In this document: positions 9,638-17,998 of the stretch, one piece after another
Layout of the letters: the number at the start of each line of letters is the position of its first letter
How positions within the stretch are numbered: the stretch's first letter is position 1
NCBI GenBank assembly: GCA_039588255.1
Contig: JBDHAF010000007.1
Span: 38,137-102,136 of the forward strand
Direction of reading: 5' to 3'
Source: Gemmatimonadota bacterium
Lineage (GTDB): Bacteria > Gemmatimonadota > Gemmatimonadetes > Gemmatimonadales > GWC2-71-9
DNA: 64,000 nt
Made by a program: the position numbers and the translations under genes
Notes under the pieces: model-generated
Seen by the model: the letters and a program-made list of their open reading frames with translations, nothing else
What the model was told of the DNA's origin: nothing
Database searches by the model: none

Positions 9638-9767
9638 CGCTCGTCCTCCAGTGTTCGGGCGACGGAGTCAGTTCAAGCTGAATCCTGTTGCATGGAATGC
9701 TCCGGCGCAAGAGTCTCAAGACCCCCCTTCCCCCTTGCGCTGGAGGCCACATTGAGCTTATGTATGC

Positions 9768-9787
9768 ATAATGCCTCTAGGCATTAT
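9768..9787. promoter_or_regulatory. Perfect inverted repeat ATAATGCC-TCTA-GGCATTAT, candidate operator upstream of the PadR-hybrid kinase
   Basis: 8-bp arms with a 4-bp spacer, sitting in the only AT-rich patch of the 9638-9810 intergenic region and ending 24 nt before ATG 9811. The arms extend imperfectly to 14 bp (GTATGCATAATGCC / GGCATTATTTGTAC). A related TATTATGCC overlaps the start codon. Confidence 0.35.
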
Positions 9788-9810
9788 TTGTACCTGAAAG
9801 GGCCTGTATT

Positions 9811-12513
9811 ATGCCGCCGAAGCGAAAACCGGCGTCCATGCTTCCCCTCAAGCCGGAGGTGTTCCTCACCCTCGTGATCCTTTCCGAGGGAGAGGCCCAC
9901 GGCTATCGCATGCGGAAAGAGGTGGAGCGCCGCTCCCGACAGGCCCTGCACCTCGACGCCGGCACCTTCTATCGGCTCCTCCGCCGCCTCATCGAGGACG
10001 GCCTCATCACCGAGTCCAGCCGCCGGGACCGGGAGGACGCCCGGCGGCGGTACTACCGCCTGTCGGCCCTGGGCAAGCGCGTGGTCACCGACGAGGCCAC
10101 CCGCATGGCCACCCTCGTGGCCGATGTCGGCTCCACACCCATCGGCCCGTCGACGGCGGCGGCCGCCCAACCACTCGTATCCGACGAGCAACCCACTGGC
10201 GAGCTCATGGATTCGCTTCCCGACCTCGTGTGGCAGATGGACCCCACGGGGAGGTGGACATATCTCAACGCCGCTTGCGAGAACGTGTACGGTGTGGTGG
10301 CGGCAGCCCTCGTCGGCAAGAGCTTCCTGGACCACGTGCCCCTCGACCGAAAGCCAGCAGACCAGGCGGCCTTCGACTCGGTGTTGGACGGACACGAGCT
10401 TGTGGACTACGAGACGGTCCACCTGGACCGCCACGGCTCACCCAGGGACCTGAGCTTCTCCGCTCTTCCGATCCGCGACGCCAACGGAGTCATCGTCGGT
10501 GCCCGCGGCACCGCCCGGATGGTTACCGACCGGATCCGGTCACGGGCGTCCCTGGAAGCCGAACGACGGGAAGCGGAACGTGCGTCCCAATCGAAGAGTG
10601 CTTTCCTGGCCAACATGAGCCATGAAATCCGCACGCCGATGAACGGCGTGCTGGGAATGGTCGAGCTCCTCCTCGACACCAAGTTGACCCCCGAGCAGCG
10701 CCGGTCGGCCGAGCTGGTGCGATCCTCTGCGGACTCTCTCTTGACCATCCTTAACGACATCCTCGACTTCTCGAAGATCGACGCCGGCCGCATGGAGATC
10801 GAAGACGTCCCCTTCGATCTCCATGAGCTCGCAACCAATACGGTGAGGATGTTTGCAGCGCGGACCGCGGACACCGGGGTCGAACTGGTGTGCGACGTTC
10901 CACCAGACGTGCCTCGAAAGGTCCGGGGTGACCCCGGGCGGCTTCGCCAGGTGCTGAACAACCTCGTGAGCAACGCCGTCAGATTCACCGAAAAGGGGGA
11001 GGTGACCGTCTCGGTGGACCTCAGGAGAAGGGGGCGCGCAGATGCTGCTCTCTCATTTGCCGTCCGCGACACCGGCGTGGGAATCCCCCATGATCGTCTG
11101 GACTCGATCTTCGAGGAGTTCACTCAGGCCGACGCCTCTGTGACCCGTACGCACGGGGGCACCGGCCTGGGACTGCCCATCTCGCGACGGTTGGTGCGGC
11201 TCATGGGTGGAGACCTGACCGTCACCAGCGAAGTCGGACAGGGCAGCGAGTTCCGCTTTCAGGTGAGCCTCCAAGTCGAAGCGGAGGGGGAGGCCGGCGA
11301 TAGATACGGCAACTTGGAAGAAAAACGGATCCTCGTCGTGGATGACAACCCCACCAGCCGCCGCATCGTGTTCGGCGTGTTGGCCTCCGCGCGAGCCGAC
11401 GTGCGGCAGTGCGACAACGCCGACTCGGCTCTCGCCGCCATGCTGAAGGCCGCTACCAGCGGTGCTCCCTACGACGTGGCGATCATCGACGGCTACATGC
11501 CGGGAACCGACGGGTTCGAGATGGCCGAACTCGTTCGGCGGGACCCCAACCTGGTGCGGACCCGATTGATGATGCTGACGTCCGCCGGTCAGCGGGGCGA
11601 CGGCATCCGCGCCCGAGACGCCGGCATCTCAGCCTATCTCACGAAACCCGTTTCCGATGTCGAGTTGCTGGAGATGACGGCAGCGGTGCTCGCTCGGCCT
11701 GCCGGGAGTCCGGAAGACCAAGATCTCATCACGCGCCACTCCATCAAGGAGACCCGGGAAAGGCTCACGATCCTCCTCGCCGAGGACAACCCGGTCAACC
11801 AGCAGGTCGCCACCACGATGCTCACCACCCGGGGACACACGGTGGACATAGCCGAGAACGGCCGCCTGGCGGTGGAAGCGGTCAAGGCCAAACGGTACGA
11901 TCTCGTGCTCATGGACGTACAGATGCCGGTGCTCGACGGCCTGGCCGCCACCGGCGAGATTCGCAACACGCTGGGCATGCGCGCTCTGCCCATCGTAGCC
12001 CTTACGGGCCGGGCGATGCCCTCCGAACGGGAGGAGTGCCTCCGCGCCGGGATGAACGCCGTCGTGACCAAGCCGATCAAGCCTCACGAGCTGTTCGCGG
12101 CGGTCGAAGGCTGGGCGGCCCCTTCATCCGCAGAGGCGGCGCCGGGCCCCGTCGAAACCGAGACGGTGTCGCCGTCGGTAGCGCTGGACGAGTTCTTCCA
12201 AATGATGAAGGAGGCGGGCGTCGAGGCCATGGCAGCCAATACGCTGGCGGTCTATCTCCGGGACACGCCCACCAGGATGGTGCTCCTCGAGGAGGCCACG
12301 CGCGACGCCGACCAGATACAGATCGAGGCCATCTCCCATTCCTTGAAATCGGCCTCCGGATCGATCCGGGCTGTCCCGTTGGCGGATCTGTTGGGGCAAA
12401 TGGAGGCGGCGGGCAAATCGGGAGACATCGAACGCAGCCGGGAGCTCTTGAAGGACATTCAAAAGGAGTACGCGGCCGTACAGGCGGCGTTGAAGGCTGT
12501 CGTCGAGGGATAG
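9811..12513 (+). CDS. Soluble hybrid sensor histidine kinase with N-terminal PadR-type winged-helix domain (PadR-PAS-HisKA-HATPase-REC-REC-HPt)
   Basis: PadR-like LKPEVFLTLVILSEGEAHGYRMRKEV...GTFYRLLRRLIEDGLI...RRRYYRLSALGKRVV. H-box MSHEIRTPMNG (His codon 10621-10623). HATPase DTGVGIP...GGTGLGLPISRRLV. Receiver Asp codons at 11488 (IIDGYMPGTDG) and 11914 (LMDVQMPVLDG). HPt ISHSLKSASGSI (His codon 12337). No TM segment. Confidence 0.9.
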   Translation: MPPKRKPASMLPLKPEVFLTLVILSEGEAHGYRMRKEVERRSRQALHLDAGTFYRLLRRLIEDGLITESSRRDREDARRRYYRLSALGKRVVTDEATRMATLVADVGSTPIGPSTAAAAQPLVSDEQPTGELMDSLPDLVWQMDPTGRWTYLNAACENVYGVVAAALVGKSFLDHVPLDRKPADQAAFDSVLDGHELVDYETVHLDRHGSPRDLSFSALPIRDANGVIVGARGTARMVTDRIRSRASLEAERREAERASQSKSAFLANMSHEIRTPMNGVLGMVELLLDTKLTPEQRRSAELVRSSADSLLTILNDILDFSKIDAGRMEIEDVPFDLHELATNTVRMFAARTADTGVELVCDVPPDVPRKVRGDPGRLRQVLNNLVSNAVRFTEKGEVTVSVDLRRRGRADAALSFAVRDTGVGIPHDRLDSIFEEFTQADASVTRTHGGTGLGLPISRRLVRLMGGDLTVTSEVGQGSEFRFQVSLQVEAEGEAGDRYGNLEEKRILVVDDNPTSRRIVFGVLASARADVRQCDNADSALAAMLKAATSGAPYDVAIIDGYMPGTDGFEMAELVRRDPNLVRTRLMMLTSAGQRGDGIRARDAGISAYLTKPVSDVELLEMTAAVLARPAGSPEDQDLITRHSIKETRERLTILLAEDNPVNQQVATTMLTTRGHTVDIAENGRLAVEAVKAKRYDLVLMDVQMPVLDGLAATGEIRNTLGMRALPIVALTGRAMPSEREECLRAGMNAVVTKPIKPHELFAAVEGWAAPSSAEAAPGPVETETVSPSVALDEFFQMMKEAGVEAMAANTLAVYLRDTPTRMVLLEEATRDADQIQIEAISHSLKSASGSIRAVPLADLLGQMEAAGKSGDIERSRELLKDIQKEYAAVQAALKAVVEG

Positions 12514-12604
12514 CTCACCGCGCTCACGTTCCCCCATGGGCCACCGGAGCTTATATTTGCTGCCAGATGGCCATTCGCTTTCACACCGACGGGCAGCGCC
12601 GCCG

Positions 12605-15073
12605 ATGAGCGAGTGTAGCAGCTGCGGCTCCAGCGTGCCCACCGACGCGCAGTTCTGCACCCAGTGCGGAACGGCGGTTTCTGGTGATCCCACTAACGCA
12701 GCCACTCAGCACTCCTCCAGCCGGAGTACCAAGTCCCAAGACCAGCTCCTCGAGGCGCTGCGCGAGGCAACGCTCGGCGAATACGAGGTCCTGACGGAGC
12801 TGGGTCGCGGCGGGATGGCCGTCGTCTACCTGGCGGAAGACCTGGCGCTCGGTCGCAAGGTGGCCATCAAGGTCATGTCGCCGGAGCTGCGACTCATGGG
12901 TGAGCAGGTCGTGGAGCGGTTCAACCGGGAAGCCAAGACGGCCGCCAAGCTCTCTCACCCCCACATCATTCCCATCTACGCGGTCCAGGAACGCAACGAC
13001 CTGACCTTCTTCGTCATGAAGTTCATTCAGGGACGGTCCCTCGAGCACGTGATGCGGGAGGAGGACCGGCTCCCGGCGGCCGTGGTCCAGACCATCCTGT
13101 CCCAGGTCGGGAGCGCCCTCGACTACGCCGACCGGAACGGTGTCATTCACCGCGACGTGAAGCCGGGCAACATCATGCTGGACGAAGAGGGATGGGCGGT
13201 GGTGACCGACTTCGGCATCGCCAAGGCGGTGGAGGCGGACGGTCTCACCATGACTGGTGCAGCCCTCGGCACCCCGTCGTACATGAGCCCGGAACAGTGT
13301 GCAGGGTTGGGCATCACGGGCGCGGCGGACCAGTACTCCCTCGGGGTGCTGGCCTTCGAGATGCTGAGCGGTGAGCTCCCCTTCGAAGGCGAATCGGCGA
13401 TGACGGTCATGTATCGCCACACTCATGAACCACCACCGCCCATCACCGACGTCTGGCCGGACTGCCCACCCGACCTCGCTGAGGCCGTGATGCGCATGCT
13501 GGCCAAAAAGCCGGAAGACCGCTGGCCGTCGGTAGCGGAAGCCATCGGCGCAATCGCCGCGGTCCAGCCGGTGAACGACAGCGCAGTCCGCACGCAGATG
13601 GTGACGATGGTGAAGCGGGCCAGCAACCAGAGCCTGTTGGCCCAGTTCCACACACCCCGGACACCCATCACCGCGGGCATGGGACGGTCCCGGGCCCGTG
13701 CCATTGGATCCGCTTCGGGGCAAGTCACGCCGGACACTGCCGCGGTGGCCGTGGCGCCTCCTCCGGCGGAGGGCGGAAAGCGCCGCAGCCTTGCCTGGCT
13801 CGTGGCGGTGCCCCTCGTCGGCGTGGCAGCGGCTGCGGGCTGGTTCCTGCGGCCGACGGCCACGACCATCGAACCAACCCCGGCAGCACCCCAAGTCGCC
13901 GAACCCCCACCGGCGAGCGCGACCCCTGCGTCGATGGTTACCTCACTGGCGGTCGAGCCCGGCACCGCCGCGCTGACCGTGGGGCAGGCACAATCCCTCA
14001 CCGCCATACCGCGGGATTCGTTCGGTGCCGCGCTCGCAACCGCCGCCGTGGAGTGGACCTCCAGCAACACCGGCGTCGCCAGCGTGTCGCCGGAGGGGAT
14101 CGTTACCGCCAGGGCCGCGGGGTTCGCCCAGCTGACGGCGCGGGTCTCCGGCCATTCCGCCACCGTGGGCATCACCGTCAACGCGCCGCCGCGCACCCAA
14201 CCGGCGGCTCCCGCCGCAGTCGCATCGGTCGGTGTGTCACCTTCTTCACCGACGCTTTCGGTTGGACAGGACGTGCGACTGCAAGCGACACCGTTGGACG
14301 CCGCGGGGACTGCGTTGGCCAATCGGGCGGCAACATGGAGCACGAGCGACGAGAGTGTTGCAGCGGTTTCCGCTGCGGGACTCGTGACGGGAGGCCGGGC
14401 GGGCAGCGCGGAGATCACCGTGACCATCGGCGGTCGGTCCGCCACAGCGGCGGTGCGCGTCACGGCGATTCCAGTGGCTTCGGTGCGGATTACGCCCAGC
14501 AGTCGCAGCATTCAGTCCGGTGAGACGCTCCGCTTGACCGCCGTGACTCTCTCTGCCGACGGAGCCGAGCTCCCGGGACGAGCGATCTCCTGGAGTACGT
14601 CGAGCGACATCTTCCTGGTGTCGTCGGCGGGCGTCGTCACGGGAGTCGCCGCCGGAACGGCCACGGTGACCGCCACCAGCGAATCGCGCACGGCGACTGC
14701 GACGATCACGGTGACCGCACCGCCCACGCCCGAAACGCCGGCACCCGACCCCGCCCGCGATCGCCAACAGATCGAGGCCGCATTGCAGGCATACGCCCGC
14801 GCCGTGGAATCGCGCGACCTCGACGAGTTGCGGCGAGTCTACCCCGGTCTGACCCGACAGCAGGCAGACGCGTGGCGCGGTTTCTTCGACAGCGTCAACG
14901 ATCTCAGCTTCACGCTCACCACTACCTCGGTCGAAACCGACGGCGACACGGCTACTACTGCCGTGGACGCGCTCCAGGAGTTTCGCACCAACCGGCAGGA
15001 GCGCCGAAGCTTCACATTCCGCGCCACCCTCGAGCGGACCGCGAACGGGTGGCGCATCACACGAATCCAATAA
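12605..15073 (+). CDS. Membrane Ser/Thr protein kinase: N-terminal zinc ribbon, Hanks kinase domain, one TM segment, three Big_2 Ig-like repeats, C-terminal NTF2/SnoaL-like domain
   Basis: CSSCGSSVPTDAQFCTQCG. Kinase motifs GRGGMAVVYLA, VAIKV, HRDVKPGNIML, DFGIAK, GTPSYMSPE. TM segment LAWLVAVPLVGVAAAAGWFL. Three ~80-aa repeats (VEPGTAALTVGQAQSLTA..., VSPSSPTLSVGQDVRLQA..., ITPSSRSIQSGETLRLTA...). Tail IEAALQAYARAVESRDLDELRRVYP...NGWRITRIQ. An alternative ATG lies at 12536. Confidence 0.85.
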   Translation: MSECSSCGSSVPTDAQFCTQCGTAVSGDPTNAATQHSSSRSTKSQDQLLEALREATLGEYEVLTELGRGGMAVVYLAEDLALGRKVAIKVMSPELRLMGEQVVERFNREAKTAAKLSHPHIIPIYAVQERNDLTFFVMKFIQGRSLEHVMREEDRLPAAVVQTILSQVGSALDYADRNGVIHRDVKPGNIMLDEEGWAVVTDFGIAKAVEADGLTMTGAALGTPSYMSPEQCAGLGITGAADQYSLGVLAFEMLSGELPFEGESAMTVMYRHTHEPPPPITDVWPDCPPDLAEAVMRMLAKKPEDRWPSVAEAIGAIAAVQPVNDSAVRTQMVTMVKRASNQSLLAQFHTPRTPITAGMGRSRARAIGSASGQVTPDTAAVAVAPPPAEGGKRRSLAWLVAVPLVGVAAAAGWFLRPTATTIEPTPAAPQVAEPPPASATPASMVTSLAVEPGTAALTVGQAQSLTAIPRDSFGAALATAAVEWTSSNTGVASVSPEGIVTARAAGFAQLTARVSGHSATVGITVNAPPRTQPAAPAAVASVGVSPSSPTLSVGQDVRLQATPLDAAGTALANRAATWSTSDESVAAVSAAGLVTGGRAGSAEITVTIGGRSATAAVRVTAIPVASVRITPSSRSIQSGETLRLTAVTLSADGAELPGRAISWSTSSDIFLVSSAGVVTGVAAGTATVTATSESRTATATITVTAPPTPETPAPDPARDRQQIEAALQAYARAVESRDLDELRRVYPGLTRQQADAWRGFFDSVNDLSFTLTTTSVETDGDTATTAVDALQEFRTNRQERRSFTFRATLERTANGWRITRIQ

Positions 15074-15096
15074 GCTCCGGCTCCGGAGGAGGTTCG

Positions 15097-16431
15097 ATGA
15101 CCCGCAGCGCATTGCTCCTTTTCTTGTTCCTCGTGGCACCTGGCAGCGTGGCAGCGCAGGGTCTCCGGGACATGATCAGCGATTTGTTCATCTTCGGGAC
15201 GGGTGAGGAGGCATTGTTCCTCGCCGGCACTGCCGATCCCGATAACCCGGCGTCGGTTCAGGCCCATAGCAGTCACTTCGTACCGTCGGCCGTTGGGAGC
15301 AACGCTACCCTCATCTCGTTCCTCACGAATGCCATCGGCACGAGCATCGCCGCCATTCCCATCAGCGCCACGAGCTCCGGTACCACGTTCCGGTTCGAAG
15401 GGGGCGTGCCGGTGCAAACCTCCACTTCCCCCGGACCCATCATCGCCGAGCGAGGCCAGACTTTGGGAAAGGGACGCGTCTTCGTGAGCGCCAGCGTGTC
15501 GCAATTGAACTTCAAAACGCTCCGCGGCGTGGATCTGGGCAACCTGGGGCTCAACTTCACCCACGCCAACGCCGACTTCCCAGGATGTGACACGATCTTC
15601 GGGGGCGACTGCACGCAGCAGGGCATTCCCGGCCTCGAGAACGATTTCATCCAACTGAACCTCGACCTGGAGCTCGACGTTCGCGCCACCACCTTCCAGA
15701 TCACATACGGGCTCCTCGACCGGGTGGACATCGGAGTCGCCGTGCCCATCATCTCCACCTCGTTGCGGGGTCAGAGCAATGCCCAGGTCGTGCCGTTCGG
15801 CGGGCCGACGGCGGCTCACTTTTTCGACGGGACACCGGCCGATCCCAATCTCTTTGCGACACGGTTCGTGGACGGCTCGGCGTCGGGACTCGGTGACATT
15901 GCCGCACGGGTCAAGATCGGCGTGGGAGAATCTCAGACCACGCGTTTTTCGATCCTCGGTGACGCACGGTTCGCCACCGGCGCCGAAGAGGACCTACTTG
16001 GCTCCGGCCACTTCGCGATTCGGGGACTCGGCGTAGTCTCGGCGGAGTTCGGAACCTTCGCGACCCACGCCAACGTGGGCTACTTGTATCGCGACGGGGA
16101 CGAGCAGAATGATGCCGTGCTCGCAACGGTCGGATTCGACCAGGTGCTCGCCCCGTGGGCCACCCTCGCCGCCGACCTGGTGTCCGAGCTCCAGGTCGGC
16201 GACAGCAAACTCGTCATCCCCGAGCCCCTCACCGTCGATCAGCCGTTTCGCCGCGTCATCGAGCCCACGTCGGTCCCGGACATCCGAGACGACATCGTCA
16301 ATGCGTCGGTGGGCTTCAAGTTCGTCACGTCGGCCGGCCTCACGATCGTGACCAACTCGATCTGGCCGCTGAACGACGGAGGCCTCCGGCCCAACGTGAT
16401 GTGGACCGCGGGATTGGAATACAGTTTCTAG
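15097..16431 (+). CDS. Putative outer-membrane beta-barrel protein
   Basis: ATG 15097 follows GGAGGAGG. Signal peptide MTRSALLLFLFLVAPGSVAAQG. Alternating-hydrophobicity strands and a C-terminal ...WTAGLEYSF with terminal Phe, typical of OMP beta-signals. Family not assigned with confidence. Confidence 0.6.
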   Translation: MTRSALLLFLFLVAPGSVAAQGLRDMISDLFIFGTGEEALFLAGTADPDNPASVQAHSSHFVPSAVGSNATLISFLTNAIGTSIAAIPISATSSGTTFRFEGGVPVQTSTSPGPIIAERGQTLGKGRVFVSASVSQLNFKTLRGVDLGNLGLNFTHANADFPGCDTIFGGDCTQQGIPGLENDFIQLNLDLELDVRATTFQITYGLLDRVDIGVAVPIISTSLRGQSNAQVVPFGGPTAAHFFDGTPADPNLFATRFVDGSASGLGDIAARVKIGVGESQTTRFSILGDARFATGAEEDLLGSGHFAIRGLGVVSAEFGTFATHANVGYLYRDGDEQNDAVLATVGFDQVLAPWATLAADLVSELQVGDSKLVIPEPLTVDQPFRRVIEPTSVPDIRDDIVNASVGFKFVTSAGLTIVTNSIWPLNDGGLRPNVMWTAGLEYSF

Positions 16432-16877
16432 TGAGCGGTACCTGCTGAGGATTCGCCCTTGTCGTATCGGGATTGCATGTAAGCGATGCCCGGGGCGACG
16501 GCGTTGCGCCACGCCTCCTCGGTTTCCGCCGTGTACGCGGGGTCGTGTCCCTCGACGGCTTCGATGAGACTGTCGACGAAGCACGGATAGAGACCGGGAT
16601 CGATGTCGAGGTCGTGAGCGGCGTGCCGGTCGGCGACCCGCTTCAGGACCCACGGTTCGGTCTCCATCCGCGACGGGAATAACAGCAGCATGCCGAGGGC
16701 GTGCTGCAACAACTTGTGCTGTCGCTCGAAATCCGTGTTGTCGAACTTTGGCCGGACTTCCGGGCACTTGGCGAAGAAGATCCGATAGAACGAGGGAAGA
16801 AAGTCCTCCGACGCACAACAGCGATCGAAACTCGCGCGGGCGGCGGCGGTGTGATCTGGATGAGGTGTTTCGCTCAT
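16428..16877 (-). CDS. Single-domain globin-like protein
   Basis: 149 aa. ...FDRCCASEDFLPSFYRIFFAKCPEVRPKFDNTDFERQHKLLQHALGMLL...ADRHAAHDLDIDPGLYPCFVDSLIEAV resembles bacterial globin-domain proteins. There is a 4-nt convergent overlap with the OMP gene. Confidence 0.7.
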   Translation of the reverse strand: MSETPHPDHTAAARASFDRCCASEDFLPSFYRIFFAKCPEVRPKFDNTDFERQHKLLQHALGMLLLFPSRMETEPWVLKRVADRHAAHDLDIDPGLYPCFVDSLIEAVEGHDPAYTAETEEAWRNAVAPGIAYMQSRYDKGESSAGTAH

Positions 16878-16976
16878 ACGCGTCGGATGCCAATCGTCGT
16901 TTCGGGTCGCTCACACAATCGCGCCCACCCCCGGCCGCGTCAAGAACCGTGCACCTTTTACCTCGGAGTAGAACCC

Positions 16977-17834
16977 GTGGACCAAGACGTCATCGATCTA
17001 TACGACCAGTTCACGCACAGTGACATGCCGCGTCGAGAGTTCCTGTCGAGACTCGCAAAGTTGGCGGGCGGTGCGGCTGCCGCCACCGCACTGCTGCCGC
17101 TGCTGGAGAACAACTACGCCCACGCCCGCGTCATCGGTGAAGACGATCGTCGCCTCCAAGAAGAGTACGTGGAGTTTCCCGGACCTCAGGGAGCCGTGCG
17201 TGCCTACTTGGCAACGCCCACAGGCAGCGGGCGGTCCCCAGCCGTGGTCGTCATTCACGAGAACCGTGGACTCAATCCGCACATCGAGGACGTTGCCAGG
17301 CGCGCGGCGACCGCCGGCTTTCTCGCGGTGGCCCCGGACGCGCTGTCGCCTCTCGGCGGGACACCCGATGACAGCGACCGAGCGCGGACGATGATGGGAC
17401 AGCTGGACGCCGGTGAAACCCGTGACAACTTCCTCGCCGCCGTGATGTACGCGAAGAACCATCCGCGGTCGACAGGCAAGGTGGGATGCGTGGGATTCTG
17501 TTGGGGCGGCGCCATGGCCAACCAGTTGGCCGTGCACTCCGGCGGCCTCGACGCCGCAGTAGCCTTCTATGGCAGGCAGCCCGCGGCGGAGGATGTCGCC
17601 AAGATCAGAGCGTCGCTGCTCCTCCATTACGCCGGTCTCGACCGGCGGATCAACGCAGGCATCGAGGCTTACGAGGCGGCGTTACGGGACGCGAGGGTCG
17701 ACTACGAGTTACACATGTACGAGGGGGTCAATCACGCCTTCCACAACGACACGTCTCTCACCCGCTACGACGAGGCGGCGGCCACACTGGCGTGGGAACG
17801 GACGATCGCTTTCTTCGACGACAAGCTGCGGTAA
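16977..17834 (+). CDS. Dienelactone hydrolase family protein with twin-arginine-type signal
   Basis: GTG 16977 gives [43 protein letters not shown], the usual N-terminus of this DLH subfamily. Core VVVIHENRGLNPHIEDVARR, GCVGFCWGG, HAFHND. The ORF-track start 16701 lies inside the divergent globin gene. Confidence 0.85.
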   Translation: MDQDVIDLYDQFTHSDMPRREFLSRLAKLAGGAAAATALLPLLENNYAHARVIGEDDRRLQEEYVEFPGPQGAVRAYLATPTGSGRSPAVVVIHENRGLNPHIEDVARRAATAGFLAVAPDALSPLGGTPDDSDRARTMMGQLDAGETRDNFLAAVMYAKNHPRSTGKVGCVGFCWGGAMANQLAVHSGGLDAAVAFYGRQPAAEDVAKIRASLLLHYAGLDRRINAGIEAYEAALRDARVDYELHMYEGVNHAFHNDTSLTRYDEAAATLAWERTIAFFDDKLR

Positions 17835-17998
17835 CGAACCGGCGACGCCCCACGCGCTCCGCAGCTCCTCCATGGGAATCACCCGGTTCGCCCGGCGAGG
17901 ATGGCTAGCACGCGGCCCCAATCGGAAAAGTGTTCGTGACCGTTCGAAACCGTTGGGACACTCCCCGCGTACGGCCCGAACGAGGCCCTAACGGAGGA

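Noticed and set aside
8389-9752. N-terminal extensions proposed by the ORF track (FAD oxidase to 8586, FdhD to 9752; similarly 29184-32990, 34397-35539, 39867-41150, 45951-46871, 46753-48927)
   Set aside because: The extensions overlap neighbouring genes or intergenic DNA and are low-complexity. Internal ATG/GTG codons with SD-like sequences give N-termini (signal peptides, family-typical starts) that fit the protein families.
11409-12608. 399-aa plus-strand ORF overlapping the receiver/HPt part of the hybrid kinase in another frame
   Set aside because: Extremely Arg/Gly/His/Pro-rich. It spans the stop of the real gene and the intergenic gap. The alternative frame carries intact REC and HPt motifs.
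12581-14511. Long minus-strand ORFs (437 aa and 362 aa) antisense to the Big_2 Ser/Thr kinase
   Set aside because: They fully overlap a strongly supported kinase gene. They are low-complexity (R/G/P/A runs) with no motifs, which are high-GC shadow frames.
13930-14715. The three Big_2 repeats, or the coiled-coil gene, as DNA-level tandem repeats
   Set aside because: The repeats are recognisable only at the protein level. The nucleotide sequences have diverged too far to call a DNA repeat feature.
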